Source of the DNA: Nageia nagi
Taxonomy: Eukaryota > Plantae > Pinophyta
Direction of reading: 5' to 3'
DNA length: 64,000 bases
Assembly (NCBI GenBank): GCA_050084985.1
Contig: JBITNC010000001.1
Span: forward strand, 3,410,001 to 3,474,000
Positions 53,595 to 64,000 of this stretch are shown piece after piece; within the stretch, counting starts at the first letter, position 1; the number at the start of each line of letters is the position of its first letter. Below the pieces are notes generated by a model. The model saw nothing but the letters and a program-made list of their open reading frames with translations, had not been told where the DNA came from and did no database searches. The position numbers and the translations under genes were made by a program.

Positions 53595-55904
53595 ACCAAG
53601 TTTCACCACAGGCTAACGTCACACTATTAAGGCCCTTGACCCCCAGATTTGGACTTTGAATGTCATTGACGAACTCTCCTCAACTGAACGACTAATAACA
53701 AGTTGGGAAGAAGCTTGATGAGGCTCCACCAAGGACAAGAAAGATTGATGAGTCTTTCAATCCTTCTTAGGGCACAGAGGGCTTGATGAAGCTCCCCAAT
53801 CCAGTAGTCAACAATAGCAAATGGCCAAGATCACAAAGAGATGAATGGATAATCATAGATATCCTTCTCTCCATGCGTCCACCTCTCTTATAGTTAGACG
53901 TCACACATATCAGATCTAGATCCAACCTTAAGATCTCCACAATCACTCCTTAGGATCCTACAATCATATTACAATCATGGATGCAAGACAACACTCCTAA
54001 ATGCAATAAAACACTCCTAACTACTTCAAGGAGGGAAACGTCCTACATTGGGGCTCACAATTTCTCCTTGGAATCATGCACAATATCCTAGATCTACTCC
54101 AAATACTCCTACGCACCCCTAGAAGAGGGATGTCTCACTCTAAGTGGTCCAATAGGACCATTACAATAGAAAACGACTACATATCCCAAGAGGAGGGATG
54201 TCACACAAGGAAATCCATTTACTGGAAGATAATTATGAATTCCCACACGCGCAACTATAGAACTATTGGCCAAGACACGAAGTTCAAAGTGCAATATCTC
54301 TTTCGTTTCTTGATGAAACCCCATCATGTAACTTGTCAAAACGTTTAGCATCATATGCTCTATCCATTCCAGAAGATGAATTGACAATCCAAGATCTATG
54401 GCAAAGGTTATGCTTTTTATAAGATCTTTCAAAATTCAGAATATATGTAAATTCTCATTTTGGAATATTACAATTTAAAGGTCTAAGTGTCATTAGGAAG
54501 TTAGAGGCATTAGAAATTTTTCGGGTTTCTTGAAGGAGTTGTGTATCGTTCTCCTTCTTTCTATGTTTAGCAGTTTGGAATGTAAAATTGGATTTTGGAG
54601 TTAATACATTTCGTATTTGTATCCTCATACTGGGCCTTATAGTGGTTCCAGAGCTTTGGCTCATTTTCTTGCAAATTTGTGATCTCCATTGCCCACTTAG
54701 TATGTGGTTCTTTATGCACATCATTCTTGTATTCATTGAAATGTCCTGAATTAATTTCACAAATAATTCTGCAAATAAAATTTGATCTAAATAATAAAAT
54801 TTTGATCTAAAAATATATTCAAAAAATGCCCAGAAAATTTACTCCAAAAATCATAAAGTGACTAGATCTGCCACACAAATATTATTAAAATTGCAAGCAA
54901 TATCTCAAAACATAGATCTAATATTGATCTATCGAAATAGAGCACAACACATGTAAGAAATACACTCCAAAGCTAGGTGTCACGCTGAAAGCAAGCTCTG
55001 AAATCTCTGATATAAATGGAAGGAATGTTGATATGAAATTCTACAGCTCCAAACACAACCCAGCGCAAATCTGAAACTATAATACCACACCAAATTTGAA
55101 ATACCACACAAATAAGGGTTCCTAAAATCCCAAATCTGATTTCTGAATCTGATGTAGAAATGTTTCCCTGAATCTCTGAAGCAATGAAGTCCAAATGCAA
55201 ACCCTAGATAGGTTTGCCCTCACAAGATACAAGGGTTTTTGTCCTTGACCTTGAAAACCAAGAGGGTTTTCATTCTCAAAGTTGGATCTTGCAGGTTTTC
55301 GTTCACAAGAGTTGATGAAAACATCAAGTACAAGAGAAATAAGAATCACCAACATAATGTAAATGAACCCCCAAGTCCTCTTTATATAGGAGAAATGTTA
55401 TAATTCTCCGTTGACTATTTACGAGGTGCCCATTATAACTTAAAAAGTTAAAACATAATATTATTTCTCTTAATACATTACCCTTATATCCCCTTCTATT
55501 ATTTTTTTATTCTTTTATTTGTCTGACTCCACATAGAACACTTTCACACCACCTAAGATACACAACTTCCATACTTCACATATACAAAAATGCATGATCC
55601 TAGAAATGAAAAATGGTGACATTACAATACATCCCCTCACAAGATTGCTTGTCCTCAAGCAATCGAACACAAATGCAAACCATAGCCATCATCATCAACA
55701 ATTCCAGGATCACAAACTAGCCTTAAGAAAATTTTACCATACTGCCATAGTATTGGCTCAAGAGTGAATGCAAAAGACAACATCAAAATTATCCTCCAAA
55801 ACTTCCCAAACTTGGTCTTTTGCCAAAGAAGGATGCAAAACCTGTATGCTGCCCAAATAAGATGCCACCAAAGTTGTATACAAACTATCCCAACCTCCCA
55901 TGTG

Positions 55905-56265
55905 CATCCCTTAAATTTTGTTTTTCATATCTTGACACTTGGTTATGCTTGGATTGACAAATTTGTTTAAGTTTGACAAAAGGGAATCTAGGATGCAACT
56001 TCAACATCTCACATGCAAATGTTGTCTCATCATCATTTGGAACATGCCATTTTGGGTCTTCAAAAGCCTCTACGAAATCACATTTTGTTGTGTTAAAACA
56101 TTCCTTGAGTCCTTCGATGCAAGGATAACAAAGAACACACCTGTACTGGTTCAATAAGTAGTATAGAACCAGAACTCCAAGACCGGATCTTAACAGGTAG
56201 TTTTTAGATTCATTCACTTTCCAAGATGGCGCATCAAGAGCAACTGAAATAGCATCTTTCATTTC
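55905..56265 (-). pseudogene. Captured proteasome activator PA200/PSME4 fragment
   Basis: MKDAISVALDAPSWKVNESKNYLLRSGLGVLVLYYLLNQYRCV...PKWHVPNDDETTFACEMLKLH...LKQICQSK resembles plant PA200 as recalled (PSWKVNGAGDHLLRSLLGSL..YYPIDQY; PKWHVP..EEV.FANELL). Confidence 0.8.
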
Positions 56266-59044
56266 CTCTATCCTGTCCTGCATCATGAATGCAAGCTCAC
56301 AAATCACCCAAAGTGCAGCCTCAATAATCAACAAAAGTGCTGTCCTAGACACCATTATTAACTTGTTGCCAACAATTTCATGATTGCCAAAACTATTCCA
56401 AAATAATAAACTGTTGTTATACTCTTCTGTGCCACATATGAAGCCTACCAACTCATTCATTGTAGCAAATTCTTCTTCCAAAAGCCCACAATCATACTCA
56501 TTAAAAACAATCTTCTCAGCTGAAATCATCCTACATACCTCTTGCATGGTCTCTCCTTGCTGCTGTATTGAATCTACAATGGGAATGGAGGGCAAAGACT
56601 GAATTTCTTTTTCATCATGTGGCCAGTCCAGGGATAGTTTTCACATAAATTTGCTAAAACTGAAAATGTATCCCAAAAATCCTCATCATACCAATCCAAC
56701 ACAGGCTGATCATAAGTCATACCTCTTATTATGAAGAAGCTAGCATCCCATGGAATCTTTATCCTGATACCAAACGTATTCCCCAATGTTTCAAACAAAA
56801 CAATCCTAAGCATCAACCAGAATCCAACCCCAAATGTCTTGAGGAAGGGTGCCCTAAGCATTTCCCAAGCTGCTGTGACAAACTCCACTATTGTAGTCTT
56901 AAACCCAGCAAAATTATAGCAAATACAGCTGCAAAGGTTATGAAAGTTGTAGCCCAACATATTAACAGAGGTGCCAATCAAGGTATCATCAACACTGCAG
57001 CCAATAATCATCATGTTGGGGTCATCAAATATCTCCATATCATTGCTATTTTCTAAGTGCTGCAAACAAGCATGTACGCAAACTACTAACTTATGTAAGC
57101 ACATATTAACCTCTTTCAAAAATGTAACTGCTGTATTCCATATTTCAAGGTTAAGAGTCCCATCCATCAATCGGAACACAACTGTTAATGGGCAATTTGA
57201 GTGCACAAGACAGTCTAGATACCACTGATCACACGTGCCTAAGATGTGAATATCATTATTTTCACTAACAGAAAAAGAATCACTTTTTAACTCAGATTTT
57301 GTAATTTCCCATTGAAACTACCCTTATCTTTGGTGATTATAATCTTGTTTTTGGTAAAATCACTAATGTGTGAGACTTCTTCAATATTAATGAATTGTTT
57401 TTTATTTGCAGAAAGAAAAACTGTCATAACAAAACTTGCAATCTCAAAACTCAAAGAAAACAACTGAAATGTGATATCAATGAGCAAATGATACTGCAAT
57501 TTCTCATGAACTTTTTTACTCAAAACATTAGCATGAACAACAGCTTTATAAACAACTATATCACCGGAGTTAATACATTTGCAATGCTCTTTTCCAAGGA
57601 AGAAGTCTTTCAACAAAGTCTGCACCTCAGGAATTGTAATTAACCCAAGAAACACATCGTGGACTGTCACTACTGCCCCATTATTAGGCTGCACAATGCC
57701 TTCTCCTGACTTCAAGGTTTTCAACCCTTCATCAATAACTGCTCCATCTATTGTCTCAAAATCGCTATATGCTTGAAGTGAGCAATTCTTGGCCCACTGT
57801 CCAGCTTCTTTCAAGTTTCTAAAAGGTCCAATAATCCACAATGAAGATTTTGGACAGGCCTTAAGTATGGCTGAACATTTGTGCAACTTAGCATTCTGTT
57901 CAAACAAAGAAACCACAGCAATTGCTATAAGATCAGACCTATTACAAAGTGTTGTTCTTTGTATTTCTTTCATCTGCTCCCAGGGTGCTAAAACTGATTT
58001 TAACTCAGCCTCAAACATTGCTAACATTTCATTCCTGTTAAGTGCATCAATCTTTACAATTGCTACCTCAAAGGCCAACTAATCATCAACCCTGTTTGTA
58101 CCAAAAGTTGTCATCTTGATTGTCAATGTCTCCCTTACATGTGTAGATCCATAACTCAGCGAATTGGCCAATGTTTCATAATCTATTGTTTTTTCATTTG
58201 CAATCTCTGAAATCACTGAATGGTCTATATTGTTAACATCAAAGTTTGTTTCCAATACACCCCCAAACACTGTCCAAGTGCCTGTCTTGAATTTCTTATA
58301 ATATACACAGCCCAAATTACACCAAATGAGGCAGTAAGTTTCATCATGTAAGCCGAAAGATTCTTGTGCACCCATTTCTTACCATAGGTACCCTCAGACA
58401 TGAATATACCAAGCAAGTAATCAACTTTACATATTAGCAATGCATTTTTCCTTTTAGTTTACTTATGAGTGTCAAGATTTCCAAGAAATAAAGAATTGCT
58501 GGCATAAAAATCAGATCTTGTATCATACCTTTTCAAAGGGTCTTTATTGTTGTTCCAACTCCCAAGAAGGTCATCATGATGCTCAAGAGATACCCACATG
58601 TACTTCACTAAATCTGAGTTGCAAACAATTCTCCCATCATGCACCAAAACACCTGGATCCCATGGAACTATGGGCTGATTTGAAAGAGTATAGTGATCGT
58701 CATGAGGAATTGATTCCTCCCACTCATCACTCTTAAAAAGTAAAGGGCTGGAACTAATGTGTATGCTCTCACAGGCTGATTTGGAAACTCCAATACATTC
58801 ATCTACATCATGTTCTTTCACAACAAACTTGTCATCCCTTTTAATTACATCCTCATCATATGTAGGAGTATGAAATACAAAGGAAACACTTTGTAATTCT
58901 ATTGAACATACCTCATGTGGTATTGCGGTCTCTTCCACTTCAATTTCTGATTTGGATTCTTCAACATACTCTTCTTCTGAAAGTTCATGAGTGATCTCAA
59001 TAATGCATTCTTCTATTGGCTGCTCTTCTTCCTTAATCTCTTCA

Positions 59045-59658
59045 ATGTCCAAGAAAGGATTCAGGTTCCTCTCACATCTTTTCACAACACTATCAACCAA
59101 AACATGAGCAGCAGGTGAAGCAACCCAATATTGCCTCCAAAAACCTCTAACATAGTCCCAAGTGGCTGAGGAATTTTGTCACTTTCATTAATGATGAAAC
59201 ATTTTGTAAACCAAATCATCCACATCCAAATCTATCAAAATGCAACCCATTCTAGGTTTTGCACATGTTTCAAGTATGGTAACCCTCCTAGAGAAATGAG
59301 AATATGTAACATCCTTCAAACCTTCAAAACTATCAACCAATGACTGACATATTGTTCTCAATGTGACATCATCATAAGGAGCTTTAGGTGCAAACATTTT
59401 CAAAATTTCACTCAAACAAGAAGTAACCATGATTCTTACTTGCATATTTGCATGTTTCAACCATCTAGACTTGCCCAAAGCCTTCACCAACAGAGTTATA
59501 CCTGCTTGTGGTTGATCTATCATTTGCAAATAACCTTCTATCTCCCCCAAGATGTGAAGGATAGCATATCTTGGTTGAAATAGAAATCCAAATCCACTTC
59601 CTACATTAGCAAGCTTTTCAGCCAACTCTTTTCCTTCCAATGGTGCCATGATCTTCAA
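59045..59658 (-). pseudogene. Captured PDS5 (cohesin cofactor) N-terminal HEAT region
   Basis: LKHANMQVRIMVTSCLSEILKMFAPKAPYDDVTLRTICQSLVDSFEGLKD...FSRRVTILETCAK..CILIDLDVDDLVYKMFHH; ASPAAHVLVDSVVKRCERNLNPFL. Confidence 0.9.
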
Positions 59659-59800
59659 AACCCTAGCTCAAAACTTTGAAAATTACCGGATCCACTCAAG
59701 ACATGGCTGATCTGAAATCTTCATATTAATTTTTTTTTATTGGATAGGATAATAGATCAAAATTTTCTCAAAAAAATATCTTTTCGACCTCAGAAATTGC

Positions 59801-61040
59801 TGTGATACCCCTTTTGTACTTTTAGTGGGACCAATTTGGTCATCTTGTACTATATCTATTTGATGTATTTGCATTTACATTGTTGTAACTCAGGATAGGA
59901 GGTTTAATGGGTCATGTGGACCCCACTGAGAGCCCCAAGTGGGACATCTCCCTCTTGAGTAGTAGATTAGGCATGTGTTGCATTGGAGATCTTGGATTGT
60001 GCGAATCCCAACCTATATTTATGCATTAGAGTGATGGACGGCCACCAGCATGCTAGCGCCACATTGGGGAAGGCCCCACACCCCCACGTTGGCTCATGAG
60101 GACTCCAGGAACCCCAAGTTGGCACTTTAAGTGCTAGGGACCCCATATTGGCATCTTAAGTGATCATGACCCCCACATTGGCACCTTAAGTGATTAGGCC
60201 CCCCAAAATCCCAACGTTGAATTAGATGGGCCTGCGATGACTCCTAGGTGACATCCGGACATGAGAAATGTATAAATAGACACTGGAGTTTCATTATTGG
60301 ACACACTTGATTATTAATACACTTATTCTTCTACTTCGTCCGATGGACAAGCCCTTAGCGGAGCGTTAAGCATATTCCTTAGGTGAAACACCTAAGAGGG
60401 TAGTCAAGCGTTGGGATCCTGATTATCTATGACATTGGTGGAGCACCTTCGCTCATCCGGTGGCATACCAAGGGTTTACTTCTACCGTTTAGTTGGTTAG
60501 CCAGAGTTCAAGGAGGGCTCCTTCAATGGATAGGATTCGGGGTCTAAGGGAGTGAATCTATCCCGTGGTTCCGCAATGTTTCAATATTGGAGATACTTGT
60601 TGATTATGCCCTAGTTGGCTCCTTGGAGGCCAACGACTGCCCCTTAGGGCTTGTTATTGTGTCACATTCCTTGTACATCATTTCTATATAGCCAAAGGGC
60701 TTCGAATCTCATTATTGTGTTGTATTATCTCATACTTATGCATGCGTTAGATCTCAATGATTATATATATTTGTATTTATCATGCGATGGCACTTTAATG
60801 TATAGTTGATTGGATTATGCATGTATGAGCCAGACGTTGGCAATTTAGGGTTGTGTTCATTGATATATGCTTGTAATTGCTAAATGTTGGCATGTTTCTA
60901 TTCCTATGAGGTGTATTGCATAATCTAACCCTAATGTTGGCATCTGAGTGTTTGCATGTGCTTGTATGGATGCCCTAGACCTAACGTTGAATGATCCTGT
61001 ATTGCTAGTTTGTGGCCAATTTTAAATTTGGATCATCACA
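59801..61040 (+). mobile_element. Solo LTR nested in the 5' UTR of the cargo element
   Basis: TG...CA ends, TSD ATTGC (59796-59800, 61041-61045). Homologous to the 34790 LTR. Confidence 0.93.
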
Positions 61041-62056
61041 ATTGCTTTTATAGTAAAAAAAGCCCTTGATCTACTAGATCACTGAAAAGTTTCCAATACC
61101 CAGAAGCTGGAAACTGAAGATTTGAATTTCCCGTAGCAAACTTTGACTCAAGATTTTGAAGAGTCCCAGATCTGCTGAATTTTTCAGAAATATGCACTAG
61201 CCAGAACTCCTAAAATTCAATTTGTCCAAATGGGTATTCAAATCATCAATACCCAAAAAGATAAAACCCTAAATTTGAAACTTTTATCACAAGCCCTAAT
61301 TTTTTTTGCAATACTCAGTTTTGAAAGTCTGAAAACTCCAATTTTCTACAATATCCAGAATCTGAGATTTATGGATCTGAAATACCTTGATGCTAATTTC
61401 ATAAAATCTGTAATACCCACAGTTTTTTCCACAAACCCTGGCACAAAAATTGTTTTTGACTAGATCTTTCCACAGGATGGCAAGATCATAGCTCTGATAC
61501 CAATGTAATGTCCTGAATCAATTTCACAAATAATTCTGCAACTAAAATTTGATCTGAACAATAAAAATTTTGATCTAAAAATATATTCAGAAAATGCCTA
61601 GAAAATTTACTCCAAACATCATAAAGTGACTAGATCTGCCACACAAATATTATTAAAATTGCAAACAATATCTCAATACATAGATCTAATATTGATCTAT
61701 CGAAATAGAGCACAACACATGTAAGAAATACACTCCAAAGCTAGGTGTCACGCTGAAAGCAAGCTTTGAAATCTCTGATATAAATGGAAGGAATGTTGAT
61801 ATGAAATTCTATAGCTGGAAACACAACCCAGCGCAAATCTGAAACTATAATAATACCACACCAAATCTGAAATACCACACAAATAAGGGTTCCCAAAACC
61901 CCAAATCTGATTTCTGAATCTGATGTAGCAATGTTTCCTTGAATCTCTAAAGCAATGAAGTCCAAATGCAAACCCTAGATAGGTTTGCCCTCACAAGATA
62001 CAAGGGTTTTCATCCTCAAAGTTGGCTCTTGCAGGTTGTCGTCCACAAGAGTTGAT

Positions 62057-62626
62057 CTCTCTATCTTCGAGAGGCCTTCCTTCTTCGGAGGCAACTCCTA
62101 GCTCGTGCGCAACAGTCGATCGAGGTTCGATGCATCACATCCTTCTTTTGAGCTTTTTCCCCTGAAGGGTCTCGTAGGAGACACAGAGTTGAGCCTATAC
62201 AGTCACCACGTAGAACAAGGAGACGTACCCAGAGCACCCAACCATCATCGAGGATGCGACAAATCACATCTTTCTTCACGACCATTAGTAGTAGCACAAA
62301 GACTTCTCATAGTGATCAGCGGAATCCCCCCCTAGAGGAGGTAGTGCTTCCATATTCTCCCCTTGTGGAGACCTAGGACGACCTCCCTATGGACGCTCCA
62401 GACTTTGTATCTCCCTCTTTTTAGGGTTGTAGCATTTTTTGGTGATATTTGATTTGTTAATCTTTTATGCATTTAGGACTTTATCTTTCTCTATTTGCTG
62501 CCCAGGTTAGACTTTGCGGGCTCCATGAGCATGATTGTACTCGATAATCCCATTGATTGCTTTTGGCCACCCATGGACATTTCTAGGATTTTCGTCCTCA
62601 AGAGATTAGGGTTTCGGCCTTTAGCC
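62057..62626. mobile_element. ~570-bp insertion in the 5' LTR of the cargo element (possible LINE 3' fragment)
   Basis: Absent from the partner LTR (gttgat|gaaaacatc at ~55316). GC-richer than its surroundings. No clear TSD. Confidence 0.5.
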
Positions 62627-63651
62627 AAAACATTAAGTACAAAAAAAATAAGAATCACCAACATAATGTAAATGAACCCCCAAGTCCTCTTTATATAGGA
62701 GAAATGTTATAATTCTCCATTGACTATTTACAAGGTGCCCATTATAGCTTAAAAGCTAAAACATAATATTATTTCTCTTAATACATTACCCTTATATACC
62801 CTTCTATTTTTTTTTTATTCTTTTATTTGTCTAACTCCACATAGAACACTTTCACACCACCTAAGATAGACAACTTCCATACTCCACATATACAACTATG
62901 CATGATCCTAGAAATGAAAAATGGGGGCATTACATTAATGGTGGAGAATTTATACTTCACACTTTGTTTCTCTTCATTCGAGAGAGATTTGTTGGTGATT
63001 GGTTCGAGTTCTTTACTTGTGGAGCTTTCATCTTCCTTAGAATGACTTATGTTGAAGAAAATGTTTTCGCCATGGTTTCTTGGAGGAGACTTGGTTGTAC
63101 TTCATTATTCTCGGACTTCATCTACTACTCTTCTTGTTTAGATGGAGACATTTTGTCAATGCTCTTGTGAAGAAGACTTATGTTGTAGCATTTTCAACCC
63201 TTCGAATTAAAGGGGGGAACATTGGGCTTAATCCTTGAGGTGGATATTTTGAGGAGATTGTCATTTTATGTTGGTGAAGAATGTTCTACACAACTTGAGC
63301 CCCTTTTATTTATTTTAATTTCTTTCTTAATCCCTTTCAGATTAAGGGGGGGGGAAGGGATGTTGGAAACCTAATCCTTAGGGATTAAGGTTGGTTGTAA
63401 ATATTAATTAGTTTAGGTGTTATAAATGTGTAGAAGTGTAGAAATATTTTATATTTATTATTTTTATATTTGTAAGTGGAAGAAATTCTGCATACCATTT
63501 AGAAGTCTAAGTGTCATTAGGAAGTTGAAGAGTCATTAGAAGTCTTAAGGGTTTCTTGAAGGAGTTGTGTATCCTTCTCCTTCTTTTTATGTTTATCAAT
63601 TTAGAATGTAAACTTGGCTTTTGGAGTTAATACATTTTCAGATTTGCATCC

Positions 63652-64000
63652 TCATATTGGGCCTTACAATACGTTCCCTCCCAAACTATTACTGAAAAGT
63701 AATAAAACCAAATATAAAATAGCTTAAGCTACTTCATTGAGCAAAGTCATATTTATGTTTTTACATGTATTGTAATATACAGATCATCATTCAGCACTTA
63801 TGTTGATATGTAAAAATGCTTTTTTGGATGAGAAATAATCAAATTCGGGACTGACGGGGCTCGAACCCGCAACTTCCTTTCTATTCACTAATCAGATTCA
63901 ACAGTTACTTTCATATTGGGCCTTACAATACGTTCCCTCCCAAACTATTACTGAAAAGTAATGAAACCAAATATAAAATAGCTTAAGCTACTTCATTGAG
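63652..64000 (+). repeat. Direct duplication: 63652-63740 repeated at 63912-64000 (runs off the window)
   Basis: catattgggccttacaatacgttccctccc...cttcattgag occurs twice with 1 mismatch. Confidence 0.95.
63846..63877 (-). pseudogene. trnD: 3' half of plastid-type tRNA-Asp(GUC) (NUPT)
   Basis: Reverse complement ggaagttgcgggttcgagccccgtcagtcccg matches the T-arm and 3' acceptor strand of chloroplast trnD-GUC. The 5' half is absent. Confidence 0.8.

Larger units (their letters stand above)
54737..62934 (-). mobile_element. Non-autonomous Gypsy-derived LTR element carrying a mosaic of host-gene fragments
   Basis: LTRs 54737-55626 and 61504-62934. TSD ttcat/ttaat. PBS reverse complement gctctgatacca 61491-61502. 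PPT next to 55627. A chain of minus-strand ORFs at 59658-55885 without RT/IN motifs. Confidence 0.92.
54481..63668 (+). mobile_element. Small TRIM-like LTR element hosting the cargo element
   Basis: Repeat 54481-54641 matches 63504-63668. PBS-like tggttccagagc at 54643. G-rich PPT before the 3' LTR (63361-63668, TG..CA). About 0.5 kb of its own interior. Confidence 0.7.

Noticed and set aside
55885-59658. Genuine host PDS5 or PA200 gene
   Set aside because: Partial, intronless and disrupted, and enclosed by LTRs with PBS, PPT and TSD.
63846-63877. Functional tRNA-Asp
   Set aside because: The D-arm, anticodon and 5' acceptor strand are missing.

Overview
AT-rich plant nuclear DNA, almost entirely nested transposable elements. 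The TE types, giant intron and PLS-PPR sequence suggest a gymnosperm (inference). The only host gene is the 3' part of a folylpolyglutamate synthase (FPGS) on the minus strand: six exons at 31531-28705, with an upstream intron running more than 32 kb off the window end. Most striking are two related non-autonomous Ty3/Gypsy-derived LTR elements (1465/19826-25102 and 54737-62934) that share PBS- and PPT-flanking sequences and show no RT, RNase H or integrase core. Their interiors are degenerate minus-strand reading frames stitched from intronless host-gene fragments. One has an OTU deubiquitinase domain fused to a gag zinc knuckle. The other has a PDS5 N-terminus, an FKBP-like piece, a PA200 segment and unidentified pieces. 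Other findings: a Pack-CACTA carrying a PPR fragment inside a Copia; a TSD-bounded LINE with an extra 3' ORF; an 18-kb insertion that splits an LTR; a 4.2-kb solo LTR; a hAT MITE; and a plastid trnD fragment between duplicated flanks. All homology calls come from motif recognition by eye and need database confirmation.
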